DNA of 29,217 nucleotides, from the NCBI GenBank assembly GCA_029548865.1, contig JAKPMO010000013.1, positions 1 to 29,217 of the forward strand, given 5' to 3'. The translations under genes were made by a program, and so were the position numbers. The notes beneath the pieces were generated by a model. The model did no database searches, had not been told where the DNA came from, and saw only the letters and a list, made by a program, of their open reading frames with translations. This DNA comes from Caldisericota bacterium (lineage in GTDB: Bacteria > Caldisericota > Caldisericia > JAAYUI01). Shown here piece by piece: positions 8,693 to 17,446 of this stretch (positions are counted from its first letter, which is position 1; each line of letters starts with the position of its first letter).

Positions 8693-11600
8693 ATGTTTGA
8701 GGAGTTAGGTGAAAAATCCATAGTCTCCGAGGAGATGGAGACCCTGGAGTTCTGGAAAAAAAATGACATCTTCAAGAAATCGATAAGCCAGAGAGAAGGC
8801 AGACCCCATTACGTCTTCTTTGAAGGCCCTCCAACGGCAAATGGAATGCCTGGCATTCACCATTGCCTATCGAGGATTTACAAAGACACAGTCTGCAGAT
8901 ATAAGGCCATGGAAGGTTTTATTGTTGACCGCAAGGCGGGCTGGGACACGCATGGACTGCCCGTCGAGCTTGAGGTTGAGAAAAAGCTTGGCCTGCATAA
9001 CAAGAAAGAGATTGAAGATTACGGCATCGAGGCATTTATCAAAAAATGCAAGGAATCGGTGTTCACATACGAGAAGGAATGGGTAAAACTGACCGAAAGG
9101 ATAGCGTTCTGGCTGGATTTTGAACACCAGTACATGACCCTTTCAAACACCTATGTCGAATCCCTTTGGTGGATACTTGCCCAGACATGGAAAAAAGGAC
9201 TCCTCTACAAAGGCCACAAAGTTGTGCCTTATTGTCCGAGATGTGGTACATCGCTGTCTTCACATGAGGTCGCCCAGGGCTACCAGGAAACCAAAGATCC
9301 GTCAATAACCGTGAAAATGGAAATCCTTGATGAGCCTGGAACATATTTCCTCGTCTGGACAACAACCCCGTGGACATTGCCGGCAAATGTTGCGCTTGCA
9401 GTCAAAGCAGATGCAACTTACGTCCTGGCAGAGAAAAACGGCGAAAAGTACATTCTGGTTGAGGCCTTGGCCCAGAAGGTGCTTGAGAAGGAATATCAGA
9501 TCATAAAAACTTTGTCTGGCAAAGAGCTTGTTGGCAAAAAATACAGGCCACTCTATTCGTTTATAAGACCTGACAAAAACGCGCACTATGTTGTGGCCGG
9601 CGATTTTGTCGGCACGGAGGACGGAACAGGCATTGTCCATATAGCACCGGCTTTTGGTGCTGATGATATGGAAGTTGCCAGGCAAAATGACCTTCCGGTA
9701 ATCATCACGATTGACGATGCCGGGAAATTCCTGCCACAGATCGATCCCTGGAAAGGTATTTTCGTAAAGGATGCTGACCCGGAAATCATAACCGAAATCA
9801 AGAAGAGGGGCTTGCTGTACAAATCAGAGAAGGTGACGCACACTTATCCGTTCTGCTGGAGATGCGACTCACCACTCCTCTATTTCGCAAAGCCATCATG
9901 GTACGTCAAGATGAGCCAGCTCCGCGACAAGCTCCTTGAAAACAACTCGCAGGTGAACTGGTATCCCCAGCACATCAAAGAGGGCAGATTTGGTGAATGG
10001 CTCAGGGAAGTCAAGGACTGGGCAATAAGCCGTGAAAGGTATTGGGGAACACCGCTTCCGATCTGGGTTTGCGATTCTTGTGGCCACCAGGAGGCAATCG
10101 AATCGATAAAAGAGCTCAGGGAAAAATCGCCTGAAACGCCAGAGAATATTGAACTCCACAGGCCCTATGTCGATTCTATCACCTATAAATGCCCAGAATG
10201 CGGTGGCACGATGAAAAGGGTGCCTGAGGTTGTTGATTGCTGGTTTGACAGTGGATCGATGCCCTATGCCCAGTGGCACTGGCCGTTTGAGAACAAGGAA
10301 ATGTTTGAAACACATTTCCCGGCCGACTACATTTGCGAGGCCATTGACCAGACAAGAGGATGGTTCTACACGCTTATGGCCGTTTCAACCATACTTTTTG
10401 GCGTAACACCATACAAAAACGTTTTGTGCCTTGAACTGATTGTGGACGAGAACGGGCAGAAGATGAGCAAATCCAGGGGCAATGTCCTTGACCCGTGGCT
10501 TGTGCTGAACAACCAGGGGGCCGATGCACTCAGGTGGACCATCTATACGGCGTCTCCGCCGTGGACACCTTCGAGGCTTGGCGTGAACACCGTAACCGAA
10601 AGTTTCAGGCAGTTCATACTCCTTTTGAGGAACATATATTCCTTCTTCTCAATGTATGCCAACATCGACGGATTTGATCCAACCAAACAAAAAGTGTCAC
10701 TTAAAGAAAGACATTATCTGGACAGGTGGATAATTTCCGAGCTCAACACGCTTGTCGGTTATGTCGATGAAGAGATGAAGAAGTTTGGAATCACGTCGGC
10801 TACAAGAGCAATAACCGCATTTACTGACACCCTTGCCAACTGGTATGTCAGAAGGTCAAGGAGAAGGTTCTGGAAGAGCGAATCTGATCAAGATAAAGCT
10901 TCTGCCTATCATACTCTTTACGAGGTGCTTGTCACCCTGTCAAAGCTTTTGGCGCCGTTTACCCCATATTTTGCCGAGAGGCTCTACCAGACGCTCGTGG
11001 TCCCATATGACAAAACAGCGCCAATCTCGGTACATCTTTGTGATCTCCAGAAATCTGACCCTAGCAAGATTGACAAAGAACTTGAGCGCAGGATGGAATT
11101 TGTCAGAGATGCCGTCTCTGTTGGCCTGAAGGCCAGGAAGAGCATCAAAATAAGGGTCAGGCAGCCACTTAGCAAGATAACAATCAGGGCGACCGAACCA
11201 TACCAGATTGAGGCAATAAATGAATTCTCGGAGCTGATACTTGACGAACTGAATGTAAAAAAGGTTGAAACCTGCAATTCGATGAACAGCTACTGCCAGA
11301 TAAAGGTAAAGCCAAACCTTAAGACGCTTGGAAAGAGATTTGGCGCAAAACTTACCTCGGTCAAAGAAAAGATAGAATCTGAAGATGGCCATGCCATCAT
11401 CTCGAAGCTCGAGTCAGACGGAAAGATATTGTTAAATGTCGATGGTGCCAATGAAGAGCTGTCAAGAGACGACCTTCTGATTGAAAGAAACAGCCAAGAG
11501 GGTACATTTGTTGATTCTGACGGACAAATCGAGGTCATGCTTACAACAACCCTCACCCCAGAGCTTGAAAAGGAGGGCCTTGCAAGGGAAGTAATTCACG

Positions 11601-11869
11601 CAATCCAGGGTATGCGCAAGGAAGCCGGGCTTGCCATTGATGATAAAATCAAAACAGTGGTCACAGGGTCTAATGCAATATGCGAAGCAGTTCATTCCCT
11701 AAAAGACTACGTATCGAAGGAGACACTCTCTCAATCAATATCCTTTGCCCTGGACAAGGACCCATTGCTGCAAAGGGAGTTTCAGATAGAAGGCGAAACG
11801 CTGACTGTGGCGATTTGGCTATTTGCCAAGGGAACCGGGCAAAGCTTGAGACCAGAGAGGACTGCTTGA
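8693..11869 (+). CDS. ileS: Isoleucine--tRNA ligase, type 2 (eukaryote/archaea-like IleRS2)
   Basis: 1058 aa; 'EGPPTANGMPGIHH', 'GWDTHGLP', 'WTTTPWTLP', 'DWAISRERYWGTP', KMSKS; long IleRS2-type C-terminus ('ELNVK...EGLAREVIHAIQ') with no C-terminal zinc finger. Confidence 0.97.
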   Translation: MFEELGEKSIVSEEMETLEFWKKNDIFKKSISQREGRPHYVFFEGPPTANGMPGIHHCLSRIYKDTVCRYKAMEGFIVDRKAGWDTHGLPVELEVEKKLGLHNKKEIEDYGIEAFIKKCKESVFTYEKEWVKLTERIAFWLDFEHQYMTLSNTYVESLWWILAQTWKKGLLYKGHKVVPYCPRCGTSLSSHEVAQGYQETKDPSITVKMEILDEPGTYFLVWTTTPWTLPANVALAVKADATYVLAEKNGEKYILVEALAQKVLEKEYQIIKTLSGKELVGKKYRPLYSFIRPDKNAHYVVAGDFVGTEDGTGIVHIAPAFGADDMEVARQNDLPVIITIDDAGKFLPQIDPWKGIFVKDADPEIITEIKKRGLLYKSEKVTHTYPFCWRCDSPLLYFAKPSWYVKMSQLRDKLLENNSQVNWYPQHIKEGRFGEWLREVKDWAISRERYWGTPLPIWVCDSCGHQEAIESIKELREKSPETPENIELHRPYVDSITYKCPECGGTMKRVPEVVDCWFDSGSMPYAQWHWPFENKEMFETHFPADYICEAIDQTRGWFYTLMAVSTILFGVTPYKNVLCLELIVDENGQKMSKSRGNVLDPWLVLNNQGADALRWTIYTASPPWTPSRLGVNTVTESFRQFILLLRNIYSFFSMYANIDGFDPTKQKVSLKERHYLDRWIISELNTLVGYVDEEMKKFGITSATRAITAFTDTLANWYVRRSRRRFWKSESDQDKASAYHTLYEVLVTLSKLLAPFTPYFAERLYQTLVVPYDKTAPISVHLCDLQKSDPSKIDKELERRMEFVRDAVSVGLKARKSIKIRVRQPLSKITIRATEPYQIEAINEFSELILDELNVKKVETCNSMNSYCQIKVKPNLKTLGKRFGAKLTSVKEKIESEDGHAIISKLESDGKILLNVDGANEELSRDDLLIERNSQEGTFVDSDGQIEVMLTTTLTPELEKEGLAREVIHAIQGMRKEAGLAIDDKIKTVVTGSNAICEAVHSLKDYVSKETLSQSISFALDKDPLLQREFQIEGETLTVAIWLFAKGTGQSLRPERTA

Positions 11870-12426
11870 CGGCAGAAGAATCTGATAGGGCGTTATTTTC
11901 GGCCCTGGTGGACGAACACCAGGGCTATCTGTACTCTTTTGTCCTCGGTATGGTCGGAAACCGTGATGATGCCGAGGACATCACTGCAAAAGCTTTTCTA
12001 AAGGCCTATCTCGCATTCAAATCTTTTAAGAGAAATTGCTCATTTAAAACATGGGTCACAACAGTGGCCATTAATCTCGTCAAAAACTACAGGAGAGACA
12101 AGCATCCTACCTCATCAATCGAAGCCGAATCAGAACAGATCGGTTTTGAGCCCATGGACGCTTCGATATTACCCGAAGACACGACTATGAGGTGTGAAAA
12201 CACAGATGCTATCAAACGCGCCATCTCACAGCTTCCAATCAATTACAGGACCTTTATTGTCCTAAAATACCTGCAAGACCTTTCATACGAGGAAATAGCC
12301 GATACGACCGGTGTTCCCGTCACAACTGTCCGAAACAGGATTCATCAGGGCAAAGAGATATTAAAAGAACTTTTCAAAAAAAATGGGGTTTCGGCCCCAA
12401 CGGAGGACGGATATGAAATTGTTTGA
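11866..12426 (+). CDS. ECF-family RNA polymerase sigma factor
   Basis: Region 2 'DAEDITAKAFLKAY...SFKTWVTTVAIN'; region 4 'LSYEEIADTTGVPVTTVRNRIHQG'. TTG start overlaps the ileS TGA (TTGA) after AGAGAGGA. Confidence 0.9.
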   Translation: MTAEESDRALFSALVDEHQGYLYSFVLGMVGNRDDAEDITAKAFLKAYLAFKSFKRNCSFKTWVTTVAINLVKNYRRDKHPTSSIEAESEQIGFEPMDASILPEDTTMRCENTDAIKRAISQLPINYRTFIVLKYLQDLSYEEIADTTGVPVTTVRNRIHQGKEILKELFKKNGVSAPTEDGYEIV

Positions 12427-12766
12427 TCAGTTGCTTGATGAGTGCGCCAGGGAAGGAAGCAGGGTCGCAACACCCGATGGGCTCGCACTAAGGGCGCTCT
12501 CCCTTTACGATGCACACAAGTCTGCAAAAAAAAGGCAAAGAACCATGTGGCTTTGGGTGTTGATGATTACAATTCCCCTCATAGCCGTAGCAATATCTTT
12601 TTTCACATGGATTTCCGGTTTTGATCCGTTCTATCTCTTAAGAAAAATGCTGTCCATTGATTTTGTTTCATATACTGGAGATTTTACGATTATTCTTATG
12701 ACGTTTGGAATGATGGTTACCATGTTCTTTCGTCTCTTTAAAATGAGGAATGTAATTAACAATTGA
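12413..12766 (+). CDS. Putative membrane anti-sigma factor
   Basis: Overlaps the sigma 3' end; GGAGG SD; short cytoplasmic N-terminus followed by two TM segments. Confidence 0.6.
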   Translation: MKLFDQLLDECAREGSRVATPDGLALRALSLYDAHKSAKKRQRTMWLWVLMITIPLIAVAISFFTWISGFDPFYLLRKMLSIDFVSYTGDFTIILMTFGMMVTMFFRLFKMRNVINN

Positions 12767-12779
12767 GGGAAGGTGCCAA

Positions 12780-13307
12780 ATGGAGAAAAGAAATGCTTTT
12801 ATAATTGGTGGTATCCTTATTCTTGCAGGAATAATCCTGTTTGCGGCCCAGGTAACTGGCTGGCGTTTTGATTGGGGCCAAATCTGGCCATTGATATTGA
12901 TACTAATTGGTTGCTCACTCCTGTTCAGGATTGACAAGGACAAAGGTGTGATTTTCCCTGCCATTATTCTTATTGGAATTGGAAAGTTATTTTTTATCAC
13001 GCAAACACAGATGTTTGGCCCTGAATTCAACCTTGGCAACCTCTGGCCATTCTTCATAATAATACCAGGGTTGGCATTTATCGGTCTCTGGCTGACAAAT
13101 GTGCGCAATTATGGAGTTCTTGTCCCGGCAGCAGCGTGCCTCATAACGGGTTCCGTATTTTTAGGTACGGAATTTTCAGGCTCGTCATTTATCACATATT
13201 TTGTGCCAGCAGTGATCATATTGGTTGGTGTTGTAATTATCTTCCAGGTTTTTATTAAGAAACCGGACCAGATTTCGGGTCCGACAGGTGACAAGGAGAA
13301 CAAGTAA
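12780..13307 (+). CDS. LiaF/LiaI-like (DUF5668-type) multi-TM membrane protein
   Basis: Two repeats of 'G.ILI..G..L...WP..(L/I)I..G' typical of LiaF-TM/DUF5668. Confidence 0.7.
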   Translation: MEKRNAFIIGGILILAGIILFAAQVTGWRFDWGQIWPLILILIGCSLLFRIDKDKGVIFPAIILIGIGKLFFITQTQMFGPEFNLGNLWPFFIIIPGLAFIGLWLTNVRNYGVLVPAAACLITGSVFLGTEFSGSSFITYFVPAVIILVGVVIIFQVFIKKPDQISGPTGDKENK

Positions 13308-13311
13308 TAAA

Positions 13312-13527
13312 ATGGAAAAAAGGCTCTACAGATCAAGGAAGAGCAGAGTCCTTGGTGGTATTTGTGGGGGGCTTGCAGATTATTTGAATGTTGATGTAAG
13401 CATGGTCAGGCTGGTGGCAATATTGGCAATATTTGTTGGGGGACTGAGTTTCCTGGTTTACATAGCATTGTGGATTGTTATACCGGAAGAACCTGTCGTT
13501 TATAAAGAACCACCAAGGGAGGCGTAA
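13312..13527 (+). CDS. pspC: PspC domain protein
   Basis: 'KRLYRSRKSRVLGGICGGLADYLNVDVSMVRL...YIALWIVIPEE'. Confidence 0.9.
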   Translation: MEKRLYRSRKSRVLGGICGGLADYLNVDVSMVRLVAILAIFVGGLSFLVYIALWIVIPEEPVVYKEPPREA

Positions 13528-13528
13528 T

Positions 13529-14668
13529 ATGAAAAAGCGTTTTCTTCCTGCCCTGATCGTGATTTTGCTGGCAACATTCATGTTCTCCTCGCCAGCTTTT
13601 GCTGAAGTCGAGAAGGAGCCACAGAGGACTACTGGCAATCTGGCAAAAATAAGCCAGACAGTCATGCTTGAGCCATCTTTTGACCATAAGGGCGATCTCT
13701 ATGTGGTCACCAGTATTTGTACCCTGAGGGGCAAAATTGAAGGCAATGTTTTTGTAATGGCCCAGTCTGTCCGCATGGAAGATATGGAAGTGAAAGGTTC
13801 TTTGTTTATAGCGGCGGCCAACATATACATTGCCAGGTCAAAAATATTGGGCCAGGGCTATCTAATGTGCGATACGCTGGAAGAAGACTCTGTTTTTTCA
13901 GGCGACCTCAAGGCAATGGGTGGGTCCGGTGCCATACTAAAGGGTCAATACCGTGGCCTTTATGTAATGTTTGGTGGAGAGCATGGAGTCGTTTTTTCTG
14001 GCAGTGCTGAATGGGCAAACATTGGTGGAACGAAGATTGAAATAACCGAAGGCGCAAAGGTCAATGGTGAACTCGTGGTTTCTGTTCCAAAGAACGTTTC
14101 GCCAATAATACCAAAAGACCTTGCCGAGAAAGCGCAGATCAAGCCGTTTACCACTGATGACAAGAAAAATCCATGGTCACCAGTTATGGGGCAATTCCTT
14201 TCGATGATTGTTGCCTTTTTGATAGGTATCTTCCTGCTAAGGTTCTGGAGGTCCTGGACAGAGAGGGCCATCAACAAAATGAAGGCAGTCTTCCATTGGT
14301 CGTTCCTCTCCGGTCTGGCATCGTTCTTTGTCGTGCTGATGGCGATGATTGTCCTGACAGCTTTCCTTGGTTTCCTCGGCTTTGTGCTTGGAATGTCGGC
14401 TTTTGGCGTGGTGACAATATTTGTTTATCTTGGAATGTTGTTCTCGTGCTACTGGCTTGGAAAATTCATCTGGTCTTTTGGTAAACAGACCAATACATAC
14501 ATTGTTTATGGAACAGGCGTGTTCGTGTTCTTTGCGCTGACCTTCCTGGTTGGGATGATACCTGGAGTCGGCTGGATTGCGTGGCTTGCCAAAGCAGTAT
14601 TCTCGATTGCAGGTAGTGGAGCAATAATACTGATGATGTTCGACAGGCAGCCGCAGGAGAGCCTTTAG
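13529..14668 (+). CDS. Exported polymer-forming cytoskeletal (bactofilin-like beta-helix) domain fused to C-terminal TM bundle
   Basis: GGGAGG SD; signal peptide ending AFA; GDL/GNV/GSL-type beta-helix repeats; about 5 C-terminal TM helices ending 'IPGVGW'. Confidence 0.65.
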   Translation: MKKRFLPALIVILLATFMFSSPAFAEVEKEPQRTTGNLAKISQTVMLEPSFDHKGDLYVVTSICTLRGKIEGNVFVMAQSVRMEDMEVKGSLFIAAANIYIARSKILGQGYLMCDTLEEDSVFSGDLKAMGGSGAILKGQYRGLYVMFGGEHGVVFSGSAEWANIGGTKIEITEGAKVNGELVVSVPKNVSPIIPKDLAEKAQIKPFTTDDKKNPWSPVMGQFLSMIVAFLIGIFLLRFWRSWTERAINKMKAVFHWSFLSGLASFFVVLMAMIVLTAFLGFLGFVLGMSAFGVVTIFVYLGMLFSCYWLGKFIWSFGKQTNTYIVYGTGVFVFFALTFLVGMIPGVGWIAWLAKAVFSIAGSGAIILMMFDRQPQESL

Positions 14669-14913
14669 TCCCTTTTGCCAAGAACATAAAAAGATTCACC
14701 GTCTGAAAAGTTTGACATCGGGCAGTTTTTGCAGGATGAACAATCCCCGCAGGAGCAATCCTTTGCGGGGATTGTTTTTTTCAATATGCCTTTTTTGAGA
14801 AGCAGGGTCACAATTTCCTTTAAAACCTCTTGGGTTGTCCCCAACTCCCTTGCCGCTTGCGCAAGCGAAACAAAGCCTTTGGATTCGATCAGGTTAATTA
14901 ATCTGGAAACCAT
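14665..14913 (-). CDS. feoC: FeoC-like winged-helix protein with Cys cluster
   Basis: 82 aa; wHTH 'SLAQAARELGTTQEVLKEIVTLLLKKGIL' followed by CSCGDCSSCKNCP. Confidence 0.75.
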   Translation of the reverse strand: MVSRLINLIESKGFVSLAQAARELGTTQEVLKEIVTLLLKKGILKKTIPAKDCSCGDCSSCKNCPMSNFSDGESFYVLGKRD

Positions 14914-15027
14914 AGACTAATTATATCTATCTTAGCAGCAGAAGCGAGTTTTTGTGGAATTCTTAATGGCTGGTTTTTTAATAAGCAAAAAATTATCATG
15001 GATTGCGTTTTGGGTAGGAGGACAACA

Positions 15028-15567
15028 ATGAACGATACAAAAAGATTGACTCTTTCAGCACTTTTCCTTGCGCTTGGCATTCTGCTTCCCTACGTTTTCC
15101 ATGCCACGAACCTTGGTGGTTCAATGTTTCTACCAATGCACATCCCGGTTCTTCTGGCAGGTTTTTTTGTGGGCCCATTTTATGCCATGGCAATTGGTGC
15201 CATAACCCCAATCCTTTCAGGGGCCATGACCGGAATGCCGCCCTTTGGTCCTTTCCCAGTTGCTATTGTTATGGCATTTGAGCTTGCAGCATATGGATTT
15301 TTTGCTGGCTTGTTCTACGAAAAATTGAGGATGAATTCAATCTTGAGCCTCGTGCTGGCAATGGTTTGTGGAAGAATAGTCTTGGGGTTTGTTGTTTTTG
15401 TGCTAGTAGTTGCATTTGGTTTTAATAAACAAAATCCAGCAATGTATGTTTGGGGTGGGTTAGCAACAGGCTGGCCGGGTGTTCTCATACAGCTCGTGCT
15501 TATACCAGCTGTTGTTGAAATAGTCAGAAAAGCTGGGTTGCATCCAAAGGAGCAACAGACTGGATGA
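15028..15567 (+). CDS. ECF transporter S component (LPMHIPV type)
   Basis: AGGAGG SD; 'SALFLALG' AxxxA motif; 'FLPMHIPVLLAG', 'MAFELAAYG', 'PGVLIQLVLIP'. Confidence 0.8.
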   Translation: MNDTKRLTLSALFLALGILLPYVFHATNLGGSMFLPMHIPVLLAGFFVGPFYAMAIGAITPILSGAMTGMPPFGPFPVAIVMAFELAAYGFFAGLFYEKLRMNSILSLVLAMVCGRIVLGFVVFVLVVAFGFNKQNPAMYVWGGLATGWPGVLIQLVLIPAVVEIVRKAGLHPKEQQTG

Positions 15568-16151
15568 GCAAGGCAGAATTTTTCAACAACCACGCTGAAA
15601 ACTGGGACAACCATGCCAAGCACGACCAGGCAAAACTGAATGAAATTGTTGAAATGATTGGTTTTTGTGCTGGTGACAGGGTCATGGATGTTGGCACTGG
15701 AACAGGCGTCATGGTGCCCCATATTATGGGCCAGATTGGCGAGAATGGCTCCCTGGAGGCCTACGATATTGCAGAGAAGATGCTTGAAATGGCAAGCAGA
15801 AAATTCTCCCACAAAAACCTCAAATTTGTCTGTGCAGATGCCATAGAGGTCCCTGGCAACGACCTGTTTGATGTCATTGTCTGTTACTCGGTTTTCCCAC
15901 ATTTTGATGATGGCAAGAGAGCTGTTGCGAGTTTTGCGAGGCTCTTGAAAAAAGGTGGAAGACTGGCCATCTGCCATTCACAGTCACGCGACGAAATAAA
16001 TCACATACATGCTGGTGCTGGCCCTGAAATCGGTGGGGATTACCTGCCAAAGGGCGCAGAGCTTGCCGATCTTATGAGGATAAATTCACTTGATGTGGCA
16101 AAAATTGTTGATGATGACAGGATGTATTTCTTGCTTGGTGTAAAGCGGTAA
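15564..16151 (+). CDS. Class I SAM-dependent methyltransferase
   Basis: 'VMDVGTGTG', 'FDVIVCYSVFPHF', 'LKKGGRL'; ATGA overlap with the S component. Confidence 0.88.
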   Translation: MSKAEFFNNHAENWDNHAKHDQAKLNEIVEMIGFCAGDRVMDVGTGTGVMVPHIMGQIGENGSLEAYDIAEKMLEMASRKFSHKNLKFVCADAIEVPGNDLFDVIVCYSVFPHFDDGKRAVASFARLLKKGGRLAICHSQSRDEINHIHAGAGPEIGGDYLPKGAELADLMRINSLDVAKIVDDDRMYFLLGVKR

Positions 16152-16248
16152 TTTGTAGGCAATAAATATATAATTCACATTTTTCTTTTGCGGAGGGATT
16201 GTTTTTAATTTCTGACAGTGTAAAAAATACTTCAAGGAGGTAATTATT

Positions 16249-17445
16249 ATGGGGCGTATCTTGGCGTTTTTGCTGTCAGTCATCGTGCCTTGCTCTTCCT
16301 TTGGGGTTGCCACGAGCAAATACATAAAAAATGAGTCTGTAATTGAAGACTTGTGCAAAAGCATGATCGTTAGTTCATCATTTGATGGCAAAGAGTTATA
16401 CTTTGTGCCTACAAAAGATAATTGTAAACTCACAAAACGAGATGTCTACTGCTTCAATCTTGATGCAGGCGAGCTGGAGAATATCACCAATACTAGCGAT
16501 AAACTCGAGTATGAAGTAATGGTAGGTGAAAAATATATAGCCTGGTTTGAGTCGTCGCGTTCAGACCCTGATCGTGTTGTTTTTATGAATAGGACAACAA
16601 AAAATAAAAAATATATTGTACGCGACTCCCTGAGGATCAGAAATGTATCGTATGCCCTTTCAGGAGAATATTTTTTATACAGGAAGTTTGTTTCGAAAGA
16701 TAATATGGTTTCCCATGAGCTATGGGCGTACAATATTGAAAAAGAGAGTGAGATGCAGATTTCTCAAACTGTACCGTATACCCATCCAATAGAGTATATC
16801 AGCGATGGCAGAATGGTTTTTTATTCCACAACAGTCAATAAAAAGAATGGGAGTGATATCTTCTCATTCAACCTAGAGACGCTTGAGCAAAAAAGTGTTT
16901 GCACAGAAGTAGGTGCCCAAAAAAACCTTGATCTGAAGGGGGATATCCTTGTTTGGGAGGACCATAGGAAGGGTTCATGGGATTCTGATATATATGGATA
17001 TAGAATTTCTGAGGGCCTAGTATTTACAATTGATACATCCAGATATTGTACCTATGCCCCAAAGATTTCAGGAAATTGCGTTGTTTATAGGGCAGTCTAC
17101 GAATCGCCGCCTGACCGGAAAAGCACATCCTATATTTATCTGGCTGATACCTCTAGCAATCCGATTACGCCAATCAAGCTTTCCTCGTCAGAAACCCCAA
17201 AAGATAATCTTATGATTGATGGGGATTTCCTATTGTGGGTTGACTATAAAAGAAAGAATCGTCCTATTCTCGAAGAATATACAATTTGGGGTTATTGTGT
17301 ATCAGATCGAATAGAATTTGAGGCTATTTCAGGTAAAACAAGCAATAATTGGCTTGTAGATTTCAAAAAGGGAATTTTCCTTTGGTCGGACAGCGAGGAC
17401 CTGAATTATTTTGACAAGATCCATATCAACACCATTGGTCGCTAA
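16249..17445 (+). CDS. Secreted TolB-like/beta-propeller repeat protein
   Basis: AAGGAGG SD; signal peptide; 'GDILVWEDHRKGSWDSDIYGYRI...PKISGNCVVY' repeats. Confidence 0.65.
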   Translation: MGRILAFLLSVIVPCSSFGVATSKYIKNESVIEDLCKSMIVSSSFDGKELYFVPTKDNCKLTKRDVYCFNLDAGELENITNTSDKLEYEVMVGEKYIAWFESSRSDPDRVVFMNRTTKNKKYIVRDSLRIRNVSYALSGEYFLYRKFVSKDNMVSHELWAYNIEKESEMQISQTVPYTHPIEYISDGRMVFYSTTVNKKNGSDIFSFNLETLEQKSVCTEVGAQKNLDLKGDILVWEDHRKGSWDSDIYGYRISEGLVFTIDTSRYCTYAPKISGNCVVYRAVYESPPDRKSTSYIYLADTSSNPITPIKLSSSETPKDNLMIDGDFLLWVDYKRKNRPILEEYTIWGYCVSDRIEFEAISGKTSNNWLVDFKKGIFLWSDSEDLNYFDKIHINTIGR

Positions 17446-17446
17446 G

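Noticed and set aside
11831..11856. Autoregulatory ECF promoter (GGAACC) in the ileS 3' end
   Set aside because: No convincing CGT/GTC -10 element at 16-17 nt spacing.
11680..11865. N-terminal 62-codon extension of the sigma factor in the ORF track
   Set aside because: Overlaps ileS; the TTG at 11866 has an SD and gives a normal-length ECF sigma.
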